A DNA stretch of 62,930 bases, the filler included, from Hyphochytrium catenoides (Eukaryota; Protista; Hyphochytriomycota), in assembly GCA_900088475.1 (NCBI GenBank). It is 10 parts of 10 records of this genome, joined end to end, with 100 filler letters (N's around TTAATTAATTAA, not from the genome) between each part and the next. Parts side by side here need not be neighbours in the genome. Positions count along the whole stretch, not along the records: positions 47,710 to 50,819 come from FLMG01002365.1; positions 50,920 to 53,196 come from FLMG01004255.1; positions 53,297 to 59,402 come from FLMG01000977.1; 7 more parts are not named here. One strand, written 5' to 3'. Positions 47,710 through 59,502 of the stretch are shown here, piece after piece (the stretch's first letter is position 1; each line of letters opens with the position of its first letter). The position numbers were made by a program, and so were the translations under genes. The notes below the pieces were generated by a model. That model saw nothing but the letters and a program-made list of their open reading frames with translations. It was not told the origin of the DNA and made no database searches.

Positions 47710-49963
47710 GTTGGCGAAGAGGGAGTTCGCTTCACGGGGAAGAAACGGCCTCGTTCTGACCCAGGTCGACAGCGAGAAGAAAGCTGCCAAAGCCCAGCGA
47801 CGAAGCAAGATCGCCCCAGACACACTCAGACAGGGCAGCATAAGTGTGATCGCTCTTGCGCATGCGACAACTCCTCCTGCCAAAGCTCAGCTGTGAAAAT
47901 CAAGAATGGCGGTGGCCAGGGAGCTTCAACCTTTCCATCGAACAAAGATTGTTACCCTGCACCTCAAGCAAGTCTTCTTGAAGGTCGTGAAGACTCCGCC
48001 GGCAAAGAGCTGATAGCGACCCAGGCACGCAGGAAGCTCTCGATCTCGGATCATCCTCCCAAGGTGTCCTGTCCGTTCCAGGGACCGGCCGCTGAAGCTG
48101 TGCTGGTGCCTAACGGGCTGACCGCATCACAGCGCGAAAGTCAGGACGCAGAGCTAATCATGATTTGGGACTTGGACGAAACACTGATTCTCTTCTCCTC
48201 TCTTCTTATGGGATCGTTTGCTGAGAAGCGTGGGAAGGATCGAGACCAGAGCGTGAAACTTGGGGAAGAGATGATGAACCTGATTCTTCACGTGCTGGTA
48301 GGCTAAGTCGCTAGGGCTATTTCTTTCTCCCTCTGCCGTCCGGTCGGTCACACAGCTATTGCGATTTCTCTATGGAGCGACCCGACTTCTTGATTACTGT
48401 TCAGTGTTCTCTCCTTATATCTTCTACGCGTGCTCTTATCCGCTTCTTGAATATCTTCATCAGGTAGTTTTCTCTATAGGGTCGACTCTCTATAGGTGAT
48501 CTCTGTCTCGTCTCGTCTCGCCTGCTCCCCAGGATCAAGATGTAACAAATCCTTCATCTCTACCTCCTCTTTTGGCTTCATGGACAGGATGAGTATATGT
48601 TTTTCAATGAGATTGACTGCATGGACCAGGAGCATATTAGCAACATTGCGAGCTTCGATGACCAGCTAGACCTTCAGGGATATGACTTTCGCAAAGACGG
48701 ACTCTGTCAGGTACACAGGGTTTCTCTGGCTTTTACCCATTTAAAGGGAGAGGACAAGCCTTCTTTATGTTTGCTCAACTCGTTCCTCTTGGTTGTCCTA
48801 GGAGTTTGGCAGGTGCTCTGAGTGTCAGTGTCCACACTCCACACGTCCTCTCTCTCTCTCTCTCTCTCTCCCTTCCCCCCTCCCTCTCTCTCCCTCTCCT
48901 CTTCTCCTCTCTCTTCTTTCTCCGTGGTCTATAATCCGACCTGGTTCTTTATCACAGCACCCAAGATATGTTTTAGTCATGGTCTGCGTTGTTTTGCTTC
49001 TGACATTCCTGTTACCTTCCGAGCTCCTCCCCGCGTCATATCTGTCAAGTGCCTCGCGCTTTGCCTTTCGGGCCATCGCAATAAGATCTAACATCCTCAC
49101 GCTGCCGTGTCCTGTACAGGCCTCTCGATACGACCGTGATTTCTTCCGCAAGCTCTCCTATCGCTATCGAGTGGTGGGAGAAATCTATCATTCCCAAGCA
49201 AGTAAGGTCGTGGACTGCTTAAGGCCGGAGTCTGAAGCCTTCGGACGAAGGAAGCAACTCCTGCACGCTATAGATGAACATACTGAGGGCTGGCTCTCTA
49301 CCGCGTGGCAGTCACTGCAAGACCTGCGGAAAGAATCTCGGGCTGCTAACGTTCTCGTGACCAGCAGTCAGCTGGTGCCGGCTCTGGTCAAAAACCTAGT
49401 TTACGAGATAGATCAACACTTTCCTTTGGGGAACATCTACAGCTCAGCCACCGGGGGCAAGATGAGAGTCTTTGAGAAGATTGTCAAGCGATTTGGAAAG
49501 GATAAGTGCTACGTAGCGGTCGGAGACGGGCCAGAGGAAAGAGACGCGAGCCATCACTTAGGGATCCCCTTTGTCAAGGTCAGAAGGGACCGGGAGAGGG
49601 CGAGCAGATACACTTAGATGGTTAAACCCGAGGGCACTGGTAGAGCGTCCGAAGGCATAGGAGGCCCTGGGATAGAGCAGGATAGCATGGGCAGGCAACC
49701 GAGGAGTGCATGGTTCTGGCGACGCCAAGCAAAGGGAACACGAGAGAGAGATGGTCATTAGATTTGGAGGCGATAGCTGGAAGCGGTCCTACACTTTCGC
49801 CGGCCCGAACCTAAGTGTGAAAGACGCTTCCTTAAGTAGTAGGCGATGAAGACAATGACGATAGAAAGGATCTGACTTCGATTTCGTCCAGGTTAACGAT
49901 GCCGCAGATCTTCAGGAGGTCGCTCGGAAGGCTCTGGCCGGTGAATGGTCGCAGAAAGGGTGA
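47710..49963 (+). CDS. EYA: Eyes absent (EYA) family HAD protein tyrosine phosphatase, 4 visible exons, 5' truncated
   Basis: IWDLDETLILFSSLL, MFFNEI, RKLSYRYR, NVLVTSSQLVPALVK, NIYSS...GK...FEKIVKRFG...VGDGPEE; last exon 49892-49963. Confidence 0.93.
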
Positions 49964-50713
49964 AAGATTATTCGTCTTAATGTCGCCGTCTTATTGTTAT
50001 CGTGAAGAGGCATACAGCTGGCTCCTTGCCGGCCAGCAGCCGTTCACAGCCAAGCAACACATCATGTTCTTAGCGATCCCGCGCCATCCGTAACCTATTC
50101 CTGACGACATAACCCGCACTGCTGCTCTGTGCCTTGGACGTATAATGCAAACAGATGAGTTTGCCCTCCTTGTTGGGAGTTAGCGTCACATCCCTGCCGG
50201 CTAGCGGCTCCTGACGCCATGACTGCCTCTCAGCCTGGTCAGAATAGGTGTCGGCCAGAAGACTGAAGGGCCCAGAGGACCTTCTCAGCATAAGAAGCCA
50301 GCGCCAGAGGGGTGACCATAGCGCATGAAGGGAGAGCGGCGGCTGATCGAACAGACATCATCACGTCCAGCACCTCTGCCATACAGGTCCAGAAAGAATA
50401 TCGTTCTCTCTTTCAGTATATGAAATAAACTTGACTCCTATTTGGAATGCTTGGTGATGTGATGGCTGGTGGAGGTTTCTGTCTTTTGGAGAAGTTTTTG
50501 GAGGATTCTGATCGGCAGCCCCGCCGCGTCTCCTCTGCCGCTCGGGGCCGCGGGCGCCCATCACCTGTTCTCAGCACTGTCGACCACCTGCTGAGCCTCC
50601 GTCTGACCAAGTTAGAGAGGAGACAGGCCAGCCAGACGGGCAAGAAGCTGGCTTAAAGAAGGCATCTGTGCTGCTGCTCTTTACCTATTTATTCTTGTCG
50701 GCACGTAAGGACC

Positions 50714-50819
50714 ATGGGACAGAAACAGAAGAAGAAGAGTAAAAGTGCTATTAAGCCACAGCAGAATCCGGCCGCGGAAGACTCCCCGCAGGAAGATCAA
50801 AGGCTGCGGTCGGAGGTCG
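50714..50819 (+). CDS. Possible 5' end of an unidentified gene (MGQKQKKKSKS...)
   Basis: ACCATGG context, Lys-rich NLS-like start, open to the contig edge. Confidence 0.3.
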
Positions 50820-51022
50820 NNNNNNNNNNNNNNNNNNNNNNNNNNNNNNNNNNNNNNNNNNNNTTAATTAATTAANNNNNNNNNNNNNNNNNNNNNNNNN
50901 NNNNNNNNNNNNNNNNNNNCTCTCTCTCTCTCTCTCTCTCTCGCTCGCTCTCTCGTCTCGCTCTCTCGTCTCTCTCCTTCTGTTTCTGTCTATCTCTCTT
51001 TTCCCTCTCTTGCTCGCCTCAC

Positions 51023-51688
51023 CTTCTCATACACTTGTCTCCCATGATGTGGCCGAACAAACTCATCATCAGCGGCGACTGTATAGAGATGAACAGCGAC
51101 GGTAGATAATGGCAGAGAAGTTGGTGGGGAGAAGAGAAAGAGAGAGAGAGACAAAACAGAGTGACTAAAAGCGAAACATATTTGTGAGCTTAGAGAAAGT
51201 GAGAGTGAAGGACGGAGCTAAAGAGATAGAGTGAGCGCGGGAGAGGACAGAGAGAGAGAAAAAACAGAAAAACAAGAGAGAGAGGGAGAGAGAGAGAGAT
51301 AGGGAGAGAGATAGGGAAGAGGAGACACACCATCTGTCTCTAACGAAGAGCATACACCCCAGAGACAGATGGTAGCAAGAGAGAGACCATGAAAGCGAGA
51401 GGAAGAGAGAAAGAGAGAGAGAGAGACTGTAAGAGAGAAAGAGAGAGGAGAGAGACGGCTTGTTCTGAAGGAAAGAGAGGTACTGACCGACGAAGAGTGC
51501 AGGTATAAAGCACTTGCTTGCGTGATCGAGAGGCGCCAGATCGTGGATGTTGAATCCCGCGCGCTTCTGAACGGAGTGGCGGATCATCTTCAAAACAATT
51601 TTGACCACGAAGCCTTCTCGGGGAAGGAGAGACAGAAACAGAGACGAGTATCCCACATATTCAAAGGCAGAAATGACAGTTAGATAAC

Positions 51689-51729
<41 letters not shown>

Positions 51730-52416
51730 GGAAAGCGTCACGGGAGATATGAGATACATTACAGTTGGAGAATGAAAGGGTCATCGACGCCGTGACTTGG
51801 GCCTCCAGAGACAGAGAGACAAACATATAGAGATAGATAGATAGGCAGAGAATGGGAGAGAGAGAGGGAGAGAGAGAAAGAGAGACTCAAAGGAACTCGA
51901 TGCTACATAGACTGATAGAAAGTACAGCAAAGCAGAGCAGAGAGCAGAAGGACCAGAAAGTTTGAAGCAAAACATTTCCCTTCTCCCCAAGACGGGTGGA
52001 AGACAGAAAGAGAGAGAAAGAGAGAGACGAAGGCAAATGAAGTAAAAATCGTCCCACAAACCTGGTATCGCATAGCCTTCTTTCCTACTATGATCCACCA
52101 GCTCCTCTGCCTGACGAAACAAAAACAAGAGAGAAAGAGGCCATTAGAAGAGAGAGAACATCTAGCCATACTAAATAAGAGATAGAGATCAATGCAGGAA
52201 ACAGAGAGGAGAGATCCTTCTCGAGACGAGGGAGAGACAAGGGACCTCAGGGGTTCCAAGACAAAAAGGAAGAGAGAGAAAAGAAAGCAGTGATATAGAA
52301 ATATTTCTAGAGCTGTGGCGGCAAATAGTTCGAAGCCTGAGAATGGAGATAAACACCAAAGCTTGGAGAGAGAGAGAGGGCAACATAGAGAGAGAGAGAG
52401 ACAAAGAGGGCACCAT

Positions 52417-52463
<47 letters not shown>

Positions 52464-52802
52464 ACCGATTGGGTTAAGGGATGTAAGGGGTTGATTGGAG
52501 TCAAGCGGATCGAAAGAGAGGGACAAAAGGGGTGGTAATGTAGTGCGAGAGAGAGAGCGAAAGGGAGAGGCAGAGACAGAGACAAAGAGGAGTCACAGAC
52601 ACGGTAGCAAGAGAGAGAGAGAGAGAGAGTAGTACCAATTGAGTAAGTGAGGCGAAGGTGGAGTCAATCACCAGCGCAGCTATGGAAGGATCGCGTGGGC
52701 CGTGAAGCAGCGCGGTGCTGGCTCCCATGCTGCGGCCCCACAGAGCAATCGTAGAGACTCTGCCTGTGCCTCGGAGATAATCCGTCACCGTCTCTAGGTC
52801 AT
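51023..52802 (-). CDS. Alpha/beta hydrolase (YqkD/ABHD-like), internal exons only
   Basis: DDLETVTDYLR...IALWGRSMGASTAL...LVIDSTFASL (GxSxG nucleophile elbow), CFIPALFV-AADDEFVRPHH. Confidence 0.88.
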
Positions 52803-52803
52803 C

Positions 52804-52839
<36 letters not shown>

Positions 52840-54858
52840 AGAGAGAGAGAGACAGAAGCAAGAGAGAGAGAGAGAGAGAGAGAGAAGCAAGAGAGAGAGA
52901 AAGAGAGGCAAGAGAGAAGCAAGAGAGAGAGACAGAAGCAAGAGAGAGAGAGAGAGGCAAGAGAGAAGCAAGAGAGAGAGAGAGCGTGTGTGGGTGAAAG
53001 AGAGAGTGGTAGAGAGAAGGTGGGAAGAAAGAAAAGGATGGCAAAAGGGAGAAAGAGAAGAGACTTTTCGTACTGTAGCAAAAGGGCCTAATAGCCGGAC
53101 AAAGGACAAAAGAGTCCAAAAGCAAGAAAGGGAAAGAGAGAGCGAGAGGGAGGCCAGAAAAGAGAGGGAGGTATGAGGAGAGAGAGAGAGAGAGAGNNNN
53201 NNNNNNNNNNNNNNNNNNNNNNNNNNNNNNNNNNNNNNNNTTAATTAATTAANNNNNNNNNNNNNNNNNNNNNNNNNNNNNNNNNNNNNNNNNNNNCAAC
53301 AGCCCTGCTGCTGGTAGATGTCTCCACTATTCTCTCTCTGGTTCTTGGGCGTTGATCTCTAGAGTTGGCAGGCTCCAGCTCTACTACGTGTTCTCACAAC
53401 AGCAGCTTCCAGCAGCATTCGTTGTTTGGACGTGTTGCACTTCCTTAGTGCTGTGATTTTCTCGTGTCCTGTGCCCTTTCCGATGGCACTCCAGGCGCTT
53501 ATTCCTCAGCCAAGCGTTTGATCAAGATGCCGCCGCTTTTCTACGTTGACCGTAGGAGCGGAAGCACATGAGATACCTCAATGCTCACGTTGATTCCTCG
53601 TCGCCACTGAGACGCTATCTTCGTTTGCCAACCGCTTTGCTTCTGCTGATGACCACTTGCTCGTCGCAATGCGAAGCACACCGCAATCTGTCTGCGCCAC
53701 TTCTCTGTCGCCGTAAAGTCCTGCGTTCTTTCCACCTAAGTGCTAACGTTATTGATATCTCGGAAGATGAAAGAAGACAGACTCGACTGTCAGAATAGCA
53801 GTAAAGAGGAAGAGTTTACAACTACTGACAGTAGCAGTGGAAGAACGCTGCGCGTTCGTGGCCTTCTGGTGAATACTGTTTCTTCACCGGCTGTCCTTTC
53901 GCCGACCAAAGTTCCCTTTCGTGATACAACCACTAACCAAATCGTAAGGGTTGGAGCTGTCGCCGACTTCTCTCAGAAGGGAGGACTGACTGAGCTGCGT
54001 AGTAGCTGAATCAGTCGTCACTGAGCGAGGGAAAAAGAAAAACTAAAGCAGACATTGTCTTCATGATAATGACGGGGGTCGGTGGCAATGTCAACTTCCT
54101 GGAGGCTTCACTGCCTGTACCGCATCATCTATACTTTCACGACGTTGAAGACCACAACTCACCCTTAAGGGAAGGGGGGCCTACATTACCACCACAAGCC
54201 TTGGAAAGCACCCCAGTGTCTGCTACTACTGTACTCTACCCTTCACATCTCTCCATGACGTTCTGCTCTCCCGGCTACTTCTTGCGGAGTCTAGCATGGT
54301 AGCTCCCGCGATCCTTCGCTTTTTGTCTATAATAGCGCTTCATCCGTACTACTGCGGGTGCAATCGTAGCTTGTGTCCCTAAAATAGACTATTTAGCCTT
54401 TATTTTTCTTGATGATGGTACCCTACGCCAAGTCCTCTGCTCCGCAGCCCAGAAGTTCCTTGCAGCTCAAACGTGGAAAGTGCGAGCTTTGGTGGTCCAG
54501 TTTTGAACGCTGCTTAGGATTAGGGGTCGGGGAGACACTTCAAGTCTTCCCAGATGTTGTCTCAGGCTTAGTGGCTATTAGTGAGGGCGTAAAGTGAGGG
54601 CGTGAACTTTTAGGTGTGACAATTGACTCTGCTTCGTCCGTTGCCCTCTTACACTTCTCAGTTCTTTCCTTACTACGTGAGATAGTAGACGAACAGCCAA
54701 ATGCTGTGCCCTCCCCTCCGTCTTGACTTTGCCTTCTCTTTCGTGGCTGGTTAGGATGGCCAAAGCAACCAGTTTCTTCGGTGCTGTCCTCACCCCAGAT
54801 GGTTCCCTGTGTGCTCTCAATCCGATTTCCGTGGCTTTCTATCAATCAAACACATTAA

Positions 54859-54917
54859 TGTTAATCATTCTTTTTCTGCCTCGGCTGTTAATCATTCTTT
54901 TTCTGCCTCGGCTGTTA
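54859..54917 (+). repeat. 27-bp tandem duplication (TGTTAATCATTCTTTTTCTGCCTCGGC)
   Basis: Directly visible. Confidence 0.85.
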
Positions 54918-55012
54918 GGTCTGTCCTTTCTTTCATATCCGGCCTGGCAACAGGCAACTTACCCATCTGTCACCCTGGTGTAGGAGAATTTGATTGTGCT
55001 TCGTCTGAGCCA

Positions 55013-55803
55013 TGTGAAATATTATGTGACAGAGGAAGCTGGACTAATCACAAGAATAGAGTTGAGCTCTAATGAAAGTAAAGAAAGCAACAAGAACAGG
55101 TGAGTCTTCGGTAAGCGCGACAGCAGCTTCTGTCCGCGATAAGAGTGTGTTCTCCGGAGATGAGAAAACCCTAACGACAAGGAGGAGATTCGGTAGATAA
55201 CATCAGAGGACTTTAGCGATACCTTACGAGTGTGCAGAGTGTCGTTTGATCTACGGAGTTTTATTCTCACCCATCTGTTAGGGCTTGAAGGCTTCAGACT
55301 TTGACACCTACCCAAGCATAGTAGGATAGGCAACCGAGATTACTGCCTCAACTCCTTGGCTTTGGCACAAGCGCACAAGGATTTGCTCTGGGAACAATAG
55401 ACAGACTTGTGGAGAGCCTTCCTAGGTGTGCAGAAGAGGTGCAAGTATTAATTCAGCAGTCATAGTGGGATAGAGCTTTCAGGAGAGACGGCTTTCTCTA
55501 GTTCACCTTTCTTGTGGACCGGCTCCTTTCTCTGATCTTGCTTTGTTGTCTCTACATGATACATGTTCTAGGGTAGAGCTTTATGTTAGGAAAGACCTAT
55601 TCTTCTTTCCTCTGCATGCTAAGCATAATGAGAGGAGACTCTCAGTCTCACTTTTCTCATCCGGAGAACACATTCTCATCGCCGACAGAAGCTGCTGTCG
55701 CGATTAGTGAAGAGTCATCTGTTCTTGTTGCTTTCTTTACTTTCGTTAAAGCCAACTCTATTCTTGTGAATAGTCCAACTTCCTCTGTTACCCATATCTC
55801 ACA
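55013..55803. repeat. LTR-derived unit with ~155-bp inverted termini (A-B'-A'), TGTGA...TCACA
   Basis: 55013-55168 is the reverse complement of ~55652-55803; ~55175-55803 is the reverse complement of 58395-59020. Confidence 0.8.
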
Positions 55804-58340
55804 GTCATTTGTGGCCACGAAGGAAGACACCATAAATGGCCTGTTAGGTTGACGCCTCTCGCGCTCCGCTTTGACTTCCCTCCCTCCTATCGCAGAGCTA
55901 TCTGCCAGTCGATGGTCCAACGCAACCTCCTGCTCGACTGGTTGTTGCTCGCCGTCAGCATCCTCTATAGCTTCCATGTCAGCAGCTGCCAACCAAAGTA
56001 CTCCATCCTGAGTAGCTGCACCAGCCAGGTCGTCTTCGCCTGGTTGAAGGAGACCATCTTTGAAAGGGAAGATGTCCTCGAAGAACCGACGTCTCGGGAG
56101 GACATGATCTTGCGATCATCCAGCCTAAGCAATTTGTAAGCCTTCTTCTGCGTAGCATAACCCAGAAAGAGGCACTTCTGCCCAGTCTTGTCCAGCTTCT
56201 TCCCATACACCTTTGGGACATGCGCTACCGCAAGACATCCAAGAGTCCTGATGTGACGAAGAGAGGGTTTCCGTCTGTAGAAGGCCTCGTAAGGCACCTT
56301 GCCTTGGACAGCTTCGGTTGGGAGGCGGTTTGAAAGGTAGATTGTCAGTTGCAGCGCCTCCCCCCAGAAGGACTTTGGAAGTCCTGCTGTGAGCAGGCAT
56401 TGCTCTTACCATTCCCGTGAGAGACCGACTGCCTTTCTCTGCTACCCCGTTGTCTTGTGGAGTGTATGGCGTAGTAGTGATGTGGTCAATGCTCTCCTGC
56501 AGATTGGAGTTACAGGTTTCCTCGTTAATAACTCTCCACCGTCGTCAGTTTGTAGAGTAAGTAAGAGGAACTCTCCCACGATTCCGCTTGCAGTCAGCAA
56601 GGTATTTTTGGTAGGCTGTTGGCTGGGCAGCTTTTGCGTTCAACAGATATCCCTTCTTATACCTGCTATTGTCATCAGTGTAGATCACAGCATAGCGTGC
56701 TCCCTGATGTGTCTTTGCTTCTACCTGTACCGTATCAGCATGCACGAGACCCAGTGGTTCAGACACTCGCTTAGCTTCACTTACGGGATGGGTTCCTGGA
56801 AAGCTTCGCTTCGGCGCACTCCACACAGTTAGCGAGCTCCTCATCAACCTCTTTTGCAGGGATCCCATCAGCTAGGGCCGCTACTTGTCTGACCCTTGCT
56901 TCTCCTACATGGCCTAAACGGACATGCCATCGCTGGACTGAGGAAGAGGTCGCCGTCGTCGAAGCCGCAGGGTGGCCTGTGGTTTGTAGGTAAGGCAACG
57001 CCAGCTCCCTCAAGGTCTTGAGAAGGCTTCATAGGTGGTACGGTCGTCCCATTCACTACATAGACCCATTTGTAACATCCGCTGTGCAGAGGACCTCCTT
57101 GGTTCGGAGGCATCGAAGGCCTCTGGCCTCTCTGTTGAGCAGTAGCTCTGCCCCAGAGTCCACGCACTTGGATATGGGGGTCAAGTTGTGAGAGGCTTCA
57201 GGGACTTAAAGACCATCCCTAATCTTCTGAGGAGCCACCTTGCCATCAACGATGACGGAGAGAAGAACTGTTCCCTTCGCTAGTGCCGTCGCACTAGTGC
57301 TTGCTACACCCGAGACTGCAATGGGTGAACCAGGTTCTAAACAGAACGCATCAGCCTAATGTTGGTGCAGACATGGTAGGTGCTGCCACTGTCTAGTACC
57401 CAGGTGATGAGGTCTTGCCCCTGATGAGGACAGTCCTTGGTCCAATGTCCAGTCTCTTTGCAAGCCTTCAGACGTCCTTGGACATATCTCTCTTCCTAGG
57501 GTGAGCCTTGTTGTTGTTGACCCCTTTCCTTCGCAAACAAAAGTTTTGCTTCAGTAGAGATCCTCTCTCGAACAGATTTGGTCTGTTCCTCCCTCTATTC
57601 AGCCGCTTTCAGCAAATCAATCAGCAGCTCAGGGTCGAGCGGTGACCAATCAATGTTGACCTGATTGGCAATGGCTATAGACCGTTAAGGGATGTTGGCC
57701 GTGAGGACCATGTCCTTGTAGAAAGGATCCACCTTAAACTTAAAATTGCCAACCGTTTGCATAGCTTGTCAAACTCGGTTGCAATAGTCAGTTATCATTT
57801 CGCCTTCCATGTAGGACGACGCCATGAGTTCCCTGCTGAGCCTCATGATCTCTAGGTGATCCCTCGGACTTAAACCTTTGGCTAAGGCATCCCACACTTC
57901 CGCAGGGACGTCGCTGGTGTATGTTCACGAGTAGATCTGGCTCCAGAGAGAGAGAGAGATGATGCTGTAATAAGCAGTTTCATTTAGTCTCTCCCATCAC
58001 CGCATATTTTGGTCGGACGTTGGTCTAGGCACTCGCTGCTCGAGATCAGGATCTACTAGAGCTCAGGAGCGCTTAGACTTAAGTACTACTGTCACCACAG
58101 CCTCCCACACCGCATATTTTGAGTCTCCAAGCTTAGGGACCTGTGAGACGTACGATGACCCTCCACCGCCACCCAGCTCCTCCGCGAAGGAGCGACTGGC
58201 AGCTGTGTTGGCCTGCAGCTGTAGCAGACTTTGTTGGAGCAGCATCTAGCATTGTTGGCGCTCATTGTTGCTTCGTTCCGAGTAGAGTTGAACAGCTTAG
58301 AAGTAAATACGATTCCGTGAGTGTCCTTAGACCGTAGGGC
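55804..58340 (-). mobile_element. Degenerate Ty1/copia retrotransposon core (gag, Zn knuckle, protease, integrase); RT/RNase H absent
   Basis: Frameshifted and stop-ridden CKETGHWTKDCP, WVLDSGSTYHVC, WHVRLGH...CVECAEAK, PLGLVHAD, QTDDGGE, PYTPQDNGVAER, LPKSFWGEA, LGCLAVAHVPK...KLDK...CLFLGY...SRDV, in copia order. Confidence 0.92.
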
Positions 58341-58418
58341 ATATAACCAATGTCAGATATTGTATGACAAGTTGAACGTAGGGCATATAACCAATGTCAG
58401 ATATTGTATGACAAGTTG
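58333..58418 (-). promoter_or_regulatory. Tandem 44-bp duplication spanning the putative primer-binding site and LTR edge
   Basis: CGTAGGGCATATAACCAATGTCAGATATTGTATGACAAGTTG x2. The minus strand reads ...CTGACA-TTGGTTATATGCCC, similar to the GGTTATGGGCCC half-tRNA-iMet PBS of some copia elements. Confidence 0.5.
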
Positions 58419-59088
58419 GACTAGTCACAAGAATAGAGTTGAGCTCTAATGAAAGTAAAGAAAGCAACAAGAACAGGTGAGTCTTCGCTAAGCGCGACAG
58501 CAGCTTCGTCCGCGATAAGAAGAATGTGTTCTCCGGAGATGAGAAAAGTGAGACTGAGAGTCTCCTCTCATTATCCTTAGCATGCAGAGGAAAGAAGAGT
58601 AGGTCTTTCCTAACGTAGTTCTACCCTAGAAAATGTGTCATGTAGAGACAACAAAGCAAGACCAAAGAAAGGAGCCGGTCGACAACAAGAGAGGTGAAAG
58701 GAGAGAAATCCTTCTCCTGAAAGCTCTATCCCACTAAGACTGCTGATGACTTAATACTTGCACCTCTTCTGCACACCTAGGAAGGCTCTCCAGAAGTCTG
58801 TCTATTGTTCCCAGAGCAAATCCTTGTGCGCTTGTGCCAAAGCCAAGGAGTTGTGCAGCTCTGCTATTAACAACAGAATCTCGGTTGCCTATCCTACAGG
58901 TACTATGCTTGGGTAGGTATCAAAGTCTGAAGCCTTCAAGTCATAACAGATGGGTGGGACCACAACTCCGTAGATCAACCGCTAGAGTCCTCTGCTGTTA
59001 TCTACCGGATCTCCTTGTCATTGACCATCCGTTAGAGTATAGGGAAGAGGATGAGCTGCTCTATCTCCAATTCCAAAAAGCCATAACA
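58395..59088 (-). repeat. Putative 5' LTR of the copia element (right end uncertain)
   Basis: Starts TGTCAG next to the PBS-like site; homologous to 55013-55803; candidate ACA end at 59086-59088. Confidence 0.6.
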
Positions 59089-59502
59089 ACTGCGTACATG
59101 AATTGCCCCTGTGCTATTTTGATGATGACTGCACAGCTACTGCAATATGTGTGAGGTATCGCTATCGCCCGCCGCCATTGGCCCCTCATTCGCTTGAAGA
59201 AGCTTCTGAACTGCCACTGAAGTACAGGATGAGGAACTTGATAAATCCTTTCTCTGACTTCCTCTCTAGATAAAACGGCACTCGTCTAGTTTGTTTGTGT
59301 TATAATGTATGGGACTTTGAAGACACCGTTATTTAGGTTATATCGTCCATTTTATAGTTAACCCTCGAACGCCGGAGCCCCTTCAGAAGGACATTTGCTT
59401 GANNNNNNNNNNNNNNNNNNNNNNNNNNNNNNNNNNNNNNNNNNNNTTAATTAATTAANNNNNNNNNNNNNNNNNNNNNNNNNNNNNNNNNNNNNNNNNN
59501 NN

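Noticed and set aside
43159-49963. Apparent DNA-repair cluster (FANCJ + EYA, plus the RecQ-like ORF)
   Set aside because: The genes lie on different contigs joined by spacers.
53297-54850. Possible second gag/Zn-knuckle relic left of the copia LTR unit
   Set aside because: Only a frameshifted CF-C-GH-like trace near 53650-53685; too weak.
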